Origin: Promethearchaeota archaeon
GTDB taxonomy: Archaea; Asgardarchaeota; Lokiarchaeia; Sigyniarchaeales; SOKP01
Direction of reading: 5' to 3'
Assembly (NCBI GenBank): GCA_048939995.1
Contig: JBHLOY010000002.1
Location: forward strand, 320,001 to 384,000
Length of the DNA stretch: 64,000 nucleotides
The position numbers and the translations under genes are program-made. Positions 45,901 to 52,900 of the stretch are shown piece after piece. The notes beneath the pieces were generated by a model, which saw only the letters and a list, made by a program, of their open reading frames with translations, searched no databases and was not told the origin of the DNA. Numbering within the stretch: position 1 is the stretch's first letter; every line of letters starts with the position of its first letter.

Positions 45901-45960
45901 CTGCAAGAATATCTTAGCTTGCTTGAAAACACGTATACAGACTTTAAATCAAAAAAGTAA
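36931..45960 (+). CDS. giant surface protein: 4x(DUF2341-LamG), Ig-like stalk, single TM, cytoplasmic uDENN/longin-like plus winged-helix-like region
   Basis: Four repeats of QxDGDDI...WLDHEIE...W(I/V)R(I/V)P...WIATEY; TM FYFLLIIFSILAVVGSLVGY; cytoplasmic LGLILTKWDERVGMELLAKYP. True start may be the TTG near 36988. Confidence 0.88.
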   Translation: MLCVLSDNFKRFILRIGLKLKLKVSKAGFILFLLSIQIISATVFLGNNTNLNEVEKINKDFKKKSIRASSTYPNDALHFKYYKNISINHDKVMGIGNHSNFPVLISILDNDLHSYTQPDGDDIAFSMGSIWLDHEIEMYNRDYSATQAKLIAWVRVPGLSTSNDTIIRMYFCNLTMTSRENPAGVWNNNYLGVWHLSESNGNAKDSTSYMEDGTVSGGVTQGTSGQIANSYYFDRDSMGTVNMGDPSDGHLDFRDGDDFSISFWINLDYFYYYNPFIVSKRAGIGSSSQGYSVQMYDDSHGIPFYGISSNGPEYEVDGTNDCLYQGWKYITATWDEDNSSGCKIYLDGLEETSNRIGTIGNIDDISNAENFKLNGPSSPNTEYMFDGKLDEVRVSDIVRSSDWIATEYNNQYDPASFYSIGLVKEVIPLKSEYFNFYKVMTIDHTKVAGTNDLVDYPLFLSLIDPDLKDQVQSDGDDIVFAMDGSWLDHEIELFDQNYDPNYGKLIAWIRIPILYHSIDTEIYMYYGNSTMRSHQNPLGVWNNNYKGVWHLSELSGNSMDSTGYGTEGVPTVGVTQGESSLSGYGYDFDGIDSNVDFGDPIDDHLDFGINSFTISMWLRIDSSTATWQVPLTKGHPSGASNDGYRFETSSDGQRIYFQIGDGNIFESSYSQNIIFGAWMHIVGRVDRTSNRIYLFKDGGHSGYKDISSIGNIITSSPLTFSRMNNALDGVLDEVRISDTSRSDGWIATEYNNQYNPDTFYSISDRNHVRRPKPEYFNFYKALTIDHNKVSGITNLIDFPLLISLEDPDLKDQVQSDGDDIAFWNGSAWLDHEIEFFDQNYNPSFGKLVVWVRIPILYYYKDTTIYMCYGNLTLCSQESSKGVWDRDYDFVLHMNQDPSSSDILDSTLNGFDFNVETGGVMTSGDLVDGKAGKAIAFDGNDDYIYLPESEGFSGSIDKMTFEFWLMLPNGVPSVRDTLARPATTDRSPNLYFLQEFSFQLDTITSSTVIKTTESFQTAIGRWIHFACVWDGTGGGLHQIYVNGSLNSEDSTPLTGTHVNWNTISVGTDDDPSDGPGGIADGARFLEVTLSEFRVSKVVRSADWIATEYNNQYDPDNFYSISTRIHVKRPKPEDFQSLKMIFIDHNKVSGSSDLINFPFLISIYDEDLHDDVQPDGDDIAFWNGTEWLDHEIELFDQTFNNTHAQLVTWIRIPKLYHDVDTIIYMYYGNSTLCSQENSGGVWNSNYAGVWHLLESNGYAVDSTIYGEHGFISGAVEQGSIGKINSAYNFDVNGSVNVGDPSDGHLDFNEVTDFTVSFWLNIDATTTVKQRPLYKGGSSLSDGGYSFETSTSGDLIKFYICDETNRVGSYSAPITYDQWTYITGVVDRTNGYIYIYKDHSVITGAVSISSVGGSLSNDVELQFPLAASDLDGLIDEIRISNVKRSADWIATEYYSQHDPNSFFSVGPEIEVGEVSVEVHVIDLYGNFIPNLNVTMGYNSIIYETIANNAGIATFENVSKLAYNFTVEMTSDIGAHTVIVNKTTDPILVDDPIEVVYLICNVSTNFIEVRDIDGISLNSGWVIVGNSSHNLQNCTIEETGYSRFWWLNSTPYNYNFTVYYRDANYNPSTVNVGSGYITTVNSTIFAATRLTTVNFSVNTEEFEPIGGAKLILNYTHTLENVINLTTDVDGKTTFRWLNTTSFYDYSLKIIFLGKRWNFDISSVTPGYVSEFDLSISSRITYNIVIKITQTEIEEYETAIVSLNPVTTISIEWGSILALRALFNVTKVPGSSSIPLGPTSADSIFYKIYLFGDTNTLKTGLMAIDTEYKGSYRCDIDIKGLECELYSIKISAYKSGYVIPQDLLITLNVLKNELFLNQSENNDSPQNIYWLDHVNMTVAPYGENSESFTLEDSLLQSNNQAFDVIIYDITNYWNLSSLTLNIQEISWTTSEPNIYIEIVDPYFNTWKYDPSNFSYYDYDKGVCYITLNLNKGSPTFDNIFRFNVTGSFNGSIDIAAESCFIRDNLEVQYSQFNIKDEIIIINEAEGWAIKNITFNISNFYNVSSGQLIDPATAIDCITTREGFKYALESSELGKGTLSINNITIYPLDNQFSFGVQSNIDIIFDVVINVKYIQYFYQNEYLESFNSSIFVQNFDNSLEYLQVSAIESDWTENLAEFIITDIYDGIKYVTPSEVAMNITIGGQSYSIMQNVEGEGIISIGSLEKGIIHSIIIQANKQVNFSFIYKIIYTRTNIYEIGCTVNFIIREAPDIFGPVEYYDDLNCYIKEIDTSLIDADNYTVRFTATKDYFFECLKDLKLNVISRRTLINGTLDYFREIESIYVGDVVNLEFEFTDAITGEKIINLTTHYFVWEQYSADGSVISSGNGILNTTIDNFYALDFDSETRPIGNYMLIATLDKENYDYKNVMIFLTIETRFLQYSLSSNIKNYKISIVQGNTVQISLNLTDPTRGGIPLLNATINLSINDIDYNFEEVSNGTYILNFRTDNVDSFFSPQIFTGIINITKKDYFSETFSVTIVVEMIEIFPGMPMFYFLLIIFSILAVVGSLVGYRVYKHAKIPTFVKKVREMQKEIKREKSISEALLYQPKEEFIGELVRDKWSAIGLSLGDILGIEITKSKKLPRKLSSRAGEVHDLKPLGLILTKWDERVGMELLAKYPQDIHVSDKTFMQIYGTHEYSGEKGIITLISGGQNVLSYYTGPETAYYITLILDTNDDSDIYEAAMPNIARIILENLEDQIYLQMIPSFFQRLSVYPSLTDEQNLIFHYQDDIKRMIINFLRDYGVISKSELMIWMKDRKLEGITDLEAILAELIKSELIKVASVKGIPSELIFFTKDIFMLRVPPDKLFENPVNYGLPKQFAKSYQTEVNKFFNEYHPTEEDELKLLDNLIDPEVYEAIRLLRTAIITMKDFEKLKKKGINDIYAVLKKLWDTNMIKVFNDKDGTEYYALLTDFYIGQIFPKYILNIIKLSYEQKSKTNKVLQEYLSLLENTYTDFKSKK

Positions 45961-46277
45961 ATAATATATTTTTTTAAAAATTTCATATTTTTATTTTAAT
46001 TTTTATTGGTTATCCACCAATTTATCATTTTTGCTCAATCTGTACACCTATAATAAATTGCCCCCTTTGGAGTCTAAGGAACATTTTTGCCAGAATCTAA
46101 TATTTCTATATCTTTTAGCATTGTTTTTCATCCCCATTCACGGAATTTTTCAGATTTTTTTCTTTAAAATTACTTTTTTTTCCTTGATTTTTGTTATTTA
46201 TAAATTAAAGAAAGAGGTTAGATTGGATTAGACAAATAAGCAATTAAAAAAAGAAAAAAAATCAAATTTTAAATATC

Positions 46278-46946
46278 CTATAGAATTTGCTTTAATTTTA
46301 ACCAATCGGATTCTTCTAATGAGTCTTGAGCAATTTTCAAAATACCTTCAAAAGCAGTTTCTGGTATGTTTTTTTTCATTCCCATTAATAAACCTGTTCG
46401 TTCCATAGGATTTATTGCTCTGAAATAATAAGGTAATAAATATTGCATTAATTCTGGAGGCTGCTTAGATACTATCTTATTTATAATATCCATGAGTTCA
46501 CTATCATTTAATGCTTTCCAAAGGATCGGATTTGCCTCTAGTTCTTCATCTTGTAGGTGTGAAAAGTATTGTGAAAGAAACGTATTATATTGTTTTATAA
46601 ATGAAGATACCTGACCTGGGCGTTTTTCTATCTCTATATCCTCTCCCGTGATTCTCCTAAAATCATTTCTGAAAATACCTATTTGTTCTTCAAATTTTTC
46701 GTGGGCTTGTTTTAATTTGATAAAAATTGATTCAGCTTCCCTTTTCAAATGAGGAAATATAAATTCCTCCTCTCCCTGAGCATGAGCTTCAAGTAAATTC
46801 CATAGATTTTCTAATCTTTCTGCCAGTAAAGCTAATTCAGATAAATTATTTGGGTCTACCTTACCGAGTTCATACATAATTTCAGTCATTATTAATCTTA
46901 TTGCTTTATGAATAGGACCATATACATCAATTCTTGGTTGACTCAT
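46278..46946 (-). CDS. hemerythrin-like domain protein
   Basis: IHKAIR, HAQGEEEFIFP, HEKFE, HLQDEE. Confidence 0.88.
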   Translation of the reverse strand: MSQPRIDVYGPIHKAIRLIMTEIMYELGKVDPNNLSELALLAERLENLWNLLEAHAQGEEEFIFPHLKREAESIFIKLKQAHEKFEEQIGIFRNDFRRITGEDIEIEKRPGQVSSFIKQYNTFLSQYFSHLQDEELEANPILWKALNDSELMDIINKIVSKQPPELMQYLLPYYFRAINPMERTGLLMGMKKNIPETAFEGILKIAQDSLEESDWLKLKQIL

Positions 46947-47044
46947 ATTCCTACCACCTTAATGTCTAATTTTATACTTAACCTTATTTGTAATTAGCTT
47001 AAAAAGCTGATCTTTATATTTCTTAAATTTATGGTAAAAAAAAG

Positions 47045-48535
47045 TTATAAAACTGTTTGCTCCAATTCAAATCTTTTTTTGATCATTATCCTCTTGCGAT
47101 TATGAAAATCTTTCATGTAAAATTTCCATGGTAATATCCAAAAAAGTGAACCAAATAACCATATTAATAATACTAATAGAATAGAATATGATAAGAACAT
47201 GATATTTTGGTATACAATTACTGAAACAAGCAAGTTTCCGCATATACCACCAATATTTAGCATTAGACCATTTAAAGCATTCACAGTACTCCGTACTTCA
47301 GGAGTGCACAATTCGGCATATATTGCATATTGTGTTCCGCTATTAAAAGATATGAAGAAATATCCTAAAATTCCCAATGGTAACAAAAGAATCCAATAGC
47401 TAATATGCACTAAATAAAATCCTAATAGTGATATTGATCCAGTTAATATTGATATTACGCAAATCAGAAATTGTTTGTCTCTTTTATTATTCTCAAAGAA
47501 ATAATCGCTAATCTTCCCTCCTATAACTGCTCCTGGAAGAGCTGCGGTACCTACTATCAAATAAGCTATAGCTGCAAATGCGGAGTTACCAAATTTTAGT
47601 GTTAAAAAATAAATTCCCCAATTAGCTAAAGTAGAAGTGAGAATCCCCCCACATAAAACCGAAAGTAAAATTCCTATAATAGATTTAGTATTTACTAGTT
47701 GAATTAAATGGTCTTTAGTAGTTCTATAGTTATAATTTATAATACCCGGGAAATCTACAAATTCAGAATCCATTCTACCACGTTCTGGTTGTATTGCTAT
47801 CAACGAATAGGCGGATAGAATCAACATATTTAGCAAAACTGCAAATAAATACGCAATCCGCCACCCGTTTTGTTTGAAGATATTGGTAAATGTTATTCCT
47901 ATTATGATTCCCAGTCCATTTCCTAAGATTAATCCAAATTGCATAATTCCAAATTTTTTTCCACGATCTTTCGCATTAAAAAATTCACCCACCATTGAAA
48001 ATCCTAATGGAATAAATGCACCAGTTCCAATAGCACTTATGATGAGCATACTAAGAAAAAGTACATAATTAGGAGAAAGAGACAAAAATCCATATCCAAA
48101 TATCCATATAGAGTTAGTTAAAATGAAAAGTCGCTTCACAGAAGTTTTTTCAGACATCCTATCTCCAAAATAACCAAAAATCATTACACTAAAAGAGTTA
48201 ACGATTAAATTGATAGCAATTGCTAAGCTAATTTGAAATTCAGAAATACTCGAAACAGTATTAATAATATTACTTATGTTTGGTGGGATAATCCCAATAC
48301 AGAAATACATCATAAAATAAAGGGAAAAAATAAGTCGGAATGTATGCTTCGTCAAAGATTTTTCTCTAAATAAATAATTTCGCTTGAATTTTGTACATTT
48401 ATTTGAAATAGGACCTCTGGGAAGATACCATTTGATACAAAAATCGTTTTTGAAAAACTTACAAAAAAGGCATGCACTATATTTGATTGTAATTAGACTC
48501 CAACTCTGTTTCATTCCTTTCATAGACTGACTCAA
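47045..48535 (-). CDS. MFS transporter
   Basis: About 12 TM segments, FGYFGDRM and GGKISDYF motif A; possible N-terminal 4-Cys extension, start uncertain. Confidence 0.88.
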   Translation of the reverse strand: MSQSMKGMKQSWSLITIKYSACLFCKFFKNDFCIKWYLPRGPISNKCTKFKRNYLFREKSLTKHTFRLIFSLYFMMYFCIGIIPPNISNIINTVSSISEFQISLAIAINLIVNSFSVMIFGYFGDRMSEKTSVKRLFILTNSIWIFGYGFLSLSPNYVLFLSMLIISAIGTGAFIPLGFSMVGEFFNAKDRGKKFGIMQFGLILGNGLGIIIGITFTNIFKQNGWRIAYLFAVLLNMLILSAYSLIAIQPERGRMDSEFVDFPGIINYNYRTTKDHLIQLVNTKSIIGILLSVLCGGILTSTLANWGIYFLTLKFGNSAFAAIAYLIVGTAALPGAVIGGKISDYFFENNKRDKQFLICVISILTGSISLLGFYLVHISYWILLLPLGILGYFFISFNSGTQYAIYAELCTPEVRSTVNALNGLMLNIGGICGNLLVSVIVYQNIMFLSYSILLVLLIWLFGSLFWILPWKFYMKDFHNRKRIMIKKRFELEQTVL

Positions 48536-48825
48536 TAAATTATTAGGTAATTATGTTTAAGTCTAAGATGCGCCATCTATATATAAAAGAAAAATTAAAT
48601 TTTGTTTCTCAATTTCTCCATTTCTTTATTTTTACTTGTGAAAAGATTTTTAAGACAATTTTGTCTAATATAATTTAAATTTATTAAGTAAATGGAATCT
48701 AGAAAACCACTCCTGCTATTGAAGTAGCTAAGGTACTGCCAGATGTGTTAAAATTGAAAAAACAAATAAAAGGTTAATATTAAAGAGACTTATTTTTTTT
48801 TTCTTTAGATATAATTTTATAAATT

Positions 48826-49338
48826 TTATTTAATTTGGACGAATAAGGAACTTTCCAATATGTAATTAGCTGTCGAAAAACCATATATGACCACAGTTAC
48901 ATTGTGAGTTCCAAGCATTAAATTGTACCTTACATCCTGTAAATAGATCATTTCATGTATCGTAAAAGCTCCATTATACATTCCAACTTGCGCATTAGGA
49001 CTAGTTGCCATAAATCCGTCTACACTAAAAAAGACGCTAATATAAGACCAGGCAGTCAGAACAGCCTCAATATGAGCTCGGCATGTAAAACTAAAATATA
49101 CTGATTCGCCAGTTCCTACTTCAAATTCAATTATTAAACCTTCAAACGTAAGATATGAATATACAGGATTTGTATTGAAATTGGTGCCATTGAATCGATA
49201 CCATGAATTCCTTTCTAACAAGTTGGTTACTTGTGTCTCTATTCGTGACACCGATATAAATGTAAAAGCTCCTAAAGTTAAACCACTAATAGCCAAGATT
49301 ATTGCCAAAATTGGCACGGCTGGTCTACCATTACCCAT
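48826..49338 (-). CDS. membrane-anchored beta-rich hypothetical protein
   Basis: GGAGG RBS before the ATG at 49338 (MGNGRPAVPILAIILAISG); GTHNVTV. Confidence 0.7.
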   Translation of the reverse strand: MGNGRPAVPILAIILAISGLTLGAFTFISVSRIETQVTNLLERNSWYRFNGTNFNTNPVYSYLTFEGLIIEFEVGTGESVYFSFTCRAHIEAVLTAWSYISVFFSVDGFMATSPNAQVGMYNGAFTIHEMIYLQDVRYNLMLGTHNVTVVIYGFSTANYILESSLFVQIK

Positions 49339-49564
49339 AATTAATATCCTCCTTAATTTTTTAATTAAACACAATTGTAAAAATTCTATTAATTCTATCT
49401 TTATGCTTTAATAATATTTAAATTAAACTAGAAAGTAGGTAGATTTTTAATCTAGATTCCCTACAATAATCCCCTTTTTCTGTAATAAAATTTTAATACC
49501 AAAGATCCATTTGAATGTCATTAATGTGTTTTCAAACAATTGAAAGTAAAAAATTGAGTTAAAA

Positions 49565-50365
49565 ATGAATGAAGTTAAAAAATTCGAAACTCGTAATATA
49601 TTACTTTTTCTTTTAATTACATTTACTTGGACTTGGTTATTCTGGTTGCCCTCTGTGTTATCTCCAACGGGAAATTCCAATCAAATGATTTTTGCATTAT
49701 TTATAATTGGTGGTTATGGTCCATTTGTAGGCGCATTCTTAATAACGTTTATTAATGAAAGAAAGAGTGGTGTGAAGGTTTTATGGAAAAGATTTTGGAA
49801 CCCAAAAATAAAGATAAAATGGCTATTAATAACGTTCTTGCTTATCCCTTCACTATACATCCTATCATCTGTGATAGCTATTTTGTTTCAAGGAGATCCG
49901 CCCATTTTAGAGTGGATATCTCAACCTTGGGTGATTATCAGTTATATTATCACTGCATTTTTTGCTGGAGGCTTCCCCGAGGAGTTTGGTTGGAGAGGTT
50001 ACTTACTCGATCGTTTTCAAGTAAGAGGGAACATGATTATTTCTAGCCTAATTATAGGAATAATTTGGGGCTTCTGGCATTTACCAGTTTGGCTTATGCC
50101 TGATGATTCTCACAGTTTGGGAATATTAAATTTTTTCCTCTTTCTAATAGACGTCATATTTGCATCAATATTGTTCACATGGTTATACAATAATACAAAT
50201 AAAAGCATCTTAATTGCTGTGATTCTACATACTATGTTAAATTTCACAAGTTTTTTAATCTTTTTATCAAGTTTGGGAGAGGAAATCTATCGAATTTTAT
50301 TATATATAACTGGAATACTCGTGATCGTATTTTCTAGGGAAAAAGAAAAGAGCCATTTAAAATAA
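49565..50365 (+). CDS. CPBP (CAAX/Abi) intramembrane metalloprotease
   Basis: EEFGWRGY, WGFWHLP, HTMLN. Confidence 0.93.
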   Translation: MNEVKKFETRNILLFLLITFTWTWLFWLPSVLSPTGNSNQMIFALFIIGGYGPFVGAFLITFINERKSGVKVLWKRFWNPKIKIKWLLITFLLIPSLYILSSVIAILFQGDPPILEWISQPWVIISYIITAFFAGGFPEEFGWRGYLLDRFQVRGNMIISSLIIGIIWGFWHLPVWLMPDDSHSLGILNFFLFLIDVIFASILFTWLYNNTNKSILIAVILHTMLNFTSFLIFLSSLGEEIYRILLYITGILVIVFSREKEKSHLK

Positions 50366-50532
50366 TCAATTAAAGCCTTATGGATATAAATGAGCAGACC
50401 ATTAAGATCGTTCTGGAGTATATCCTTTTGCTCTTCTGGAGTAAGATAGCTAAATAAGCGTTCCTCGAAAATATCTTGGATTTGGATAAAGAAGAAATGA
50501 AAATCTTTGTAATATGGTAATTTTGATGAAGT

Positions 50533-50589
50533 AATTGGTATAAATTTTAAATATTTCCCCGTCTTAATTGCATCTTTGAACTCCAATAT
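50533..50589 (+). repeat. 57-bp TATA-containing element, copy 1 (upstream of proS)
   Basis: 50/57 identical to 55763-55819 by manual alignment. Confidence 0.8.
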
Positions 50590-50669
50590 AAAATAGAATT
50601 CTAATTTAAATTAATTATCACTTTCAGTTTAAAGTCGAAATTAAAAAAAATATGAGGAAATGAAACTAT

Positions 50670-52217
50670 ATGGGGAAGAAGGCAAAGGAATCACTAGTTA
50701 ATTCCATGAAAAAACTACCTGATCGTGAATCAAATTTTACGGACTGGTTAAATGCTGTATTATTAAGATCGGACGTGCTGGACTATAGATATAACCTTAA
50801 AGGTTGTGGAGTCTGGCGTGGTTATGGGTTCAAATTAAGGAAATTGGTCATGCAAATCATACGCGATTTATTGGATACCACACTTATTCCCCATGAAGAA
50901 TATTTATTCCCATTGCTGGTACCCGAACCCCAATTTATGAAGGAAGCTCAATATGTTAAAGGATTCGAGGATGAAGTATACTGGGTCACACACGGAGGAT
51001 TAACACCTCTCGCCGTGAAACTGGCAGTTAGACCTACCAGTGAAACTGCAATTTACCCAATGTTCTCTCTTTGGGTACGTTCTCACCAAGATTTGCCCCT
51101 GAAAACCTACCAAATTGTAAATATTTTCCGGTTTGAGGGTAAAAATACCCGTCCACTCATTAGAGTTAGGGAAGTAACCACATTTAAAGAAGCACATACA
51201 GTTCATTCAAGCGCGAAGGAATGTGAAAACCAGATCAGAGAAGCAATCGCTGTTTACAGCGAATTTTTTGATACCCTAGGATTATCATATATAATTAATA
51301 GGAGACCTGAGTGGGATAAATTTCCTGGTGCTGATTATACAATAGCATATGATGTAATATTTCCAGGTCGCCATCTTGCTTTACAAATTGGAACAGTGCA
51401 TAATTTGGGTCAAACGTTTTCTAAAACGTTTGATATTAAATTTGAAAATAACAATGGGAAAATTGAATATGCCTATCAAACATGTTATGGAATTAGTGAA
51501 CGTATTATAGCTTCGGTGATCGGGCTTCATGGTGATGACAATGGAATGATATTGCCTGCGCACATCGCCCCCATCCAAATTGTAATTGTACCCATAATTT
51601 TCAAGGAATCCGAAGAAGAATTACTCAAAGAAAGCAAAAAATTGGAAATTTTTCTCAAAAAAGAAGATTTTAGAGTGTTACTTGATGATAGAAATTTAAA
51701 TCCAGGTTCAAAATACTATTATTGGGAGTTGAAAGGAGTTCCTATACGAATTGAAATTGGTCCAAAAGATATTGCGAATAAACAAGTCGTTTTAGTCAGA
51801 AGGGATACGAATAAAAAAATCAAGATAGCAAATACAGAAATTGAGTTGATTAAGAAAATAAGGGACACTTTCAGTGAAATAAAGAATAATCAAACACAGA
51901 AAATCTCCAACCACACAAAAAAACTTCTCTTCAGAACTAAAGACTTGAACGAAGGTTTGAGATATGTAGAAAAAGATAAAGGAATAGTTGAGATTCCATT
52001 TTGTGGTTCGGAGGAATGTGCTTCAGAGATTGAAAAAAAGGTTGAAAAATTGAAATTCTTAGGAATCCCAGCCAGATATTTGGATTTTCTGGATTTTTCG
52101 GACGGAAAACTTGGGAAAAATATAATGAATGCGGAGATGCCCGAAAAAGAAGAGATATTTTGTGTGATATGTTCACGGAGGACAAATGAGTACTGGACAA
52201 TCGGAAGAAGTTATTGA
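50670..52217 (+). CDS. proS: proline--tRNA ligase (archaeal/eukaryotic type)
   Basis: RPTSETAIYPM, DLPLK, FRFEGKNTRPLIRVRE, QIGTVHNLGQ, CYGISER, C-terminal Cys domain. Confidence 0.97.
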   Translation: MGKKAKESLVNSMKKLPDRESNFTDWLNAVLLRSDVLDYRYNLKGCGVWRGYGFKLRKLVMQIIRDLLDTTLIPHEEYLFPLLVPEPQFMKEAQYVKGFEDEVYWVTHGGLTPLAVKLAVRPTSETAIYPMFSLWVRSHQDLPLKTYQIVNIFRFEGKNTRPLIRVREVTTFKEAHTVHSSAKECENQIREAIAVYSEFFDTLGLSYIINRRPEWDKFPGADYTIAYDVIFPGRHLALQIGTVHNLGQTFSKTFDIKFENNNGKIEYAYQTCYGISERIIASVIGLHGDDNGMILPAHIAPIQIVIVPIIFKESEEELLKESKKLEIFLKKEDFRVLLDDRNLNPGSKYYYWELKGVPIRIEIGPKDIANKQVVLVRRDTNKKIKIANTEIELIKKIRDTFSEIKNNQTQKISNHTKKLLFRTKDLNEGLRYVEKDKGIVEIPFCGSEECASEIEKKVEKLKFLGIPARYLDFLDFSDGKLGKNIMNAEMPEKEEIFCVICSRRTNEYWTIGRSY

Positions 52218-52280
52218 TTAAGCTTTGGCTTCTTGGGATATTGTTGTTAAATATTCTTTATTCAAATCGTTTTCTCATTT

Positions 52281-52556
52281 TCATTTATCAGTTGTAATGT
52301 TTTTCCGTCTTAAAATCTTTTTTATTCCATAACGAATAAGTCCTATACTGATGCCAATAAGGATTATCAATAATGATACTAAGAGAATATTTATTAATCC
52401 CGAAAATATGGTATATCCCAATAAAGGATTATATATTGATATTAATATTAATCCTAATATTGATGTTAATCCTATTATTATGCCGCCTATGATTGCTATT
52501 ACATAGAGAACATATTTTGGTTTTTTTACCTTGTCATTTTGAATCAATTGTTTCAT
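52281..52556 (-). CDS. small two-TM membrane protein
   Basis: Two hydrophobic helices; GAGG upstream. Confidence 0.6.
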   Translation of the reverse strand: MKQLIQNDKVKKPKYVLYVIAIIGGIIIGLTSILGLILISIYNPLLGYTIFSGLINILLVSLLIILIGISIGLIRYGIKKILRRKNITTDK

Positions 52557-52900
52557 CCTCTAAATTTTTCATTTCCATCTCTTTAATTCTTCGTTTGCTT
52601 TTAGGTGGTCCTAAAATTCCACCAAGCAATACTAAGAACGGACCTCTCCTTTTCTATAAAGTTTATTAGATTTATATAAAATTGTAATAAAGCTTGGTAG
52701 ACAGGCTCTATCAGTTGTTCCGAAATATTATGATTGGTATCTAAAAGCTCACCTCGATCACTCTCCTCGATTAGTTGATGTAATGAATCTAAAATATAAG
52801 GGGTTCCTCTTATCTCTGTAAGCAGTCCCATAAATCTCATCTCTACTTGGACGTATAGAAGCTGGAAGATATATAAATAATCGGCCTATGAAATAGAAAT

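Noticed and set aside
50287-50586. 99-aa minus-strand ORF upstream of proS
   Set aside because: It overlaps the CPBP gene end and starts inside the 57-bp repeat; at best a gene scrap with no recognisable family.
52060-52140. Apparent insertion near the ProRS C-terminus as another BHB intron
   Set aside because: No 4-bp central helix with two 3-nt bulges could be drawn, and the frame is open.
52601-52840. 79-aa ORF between the small membrane gene and the beta-helix gene
   Set aside because: It looks like a fragment of a larger helical protein; no motif could be assigned, so it is not called.
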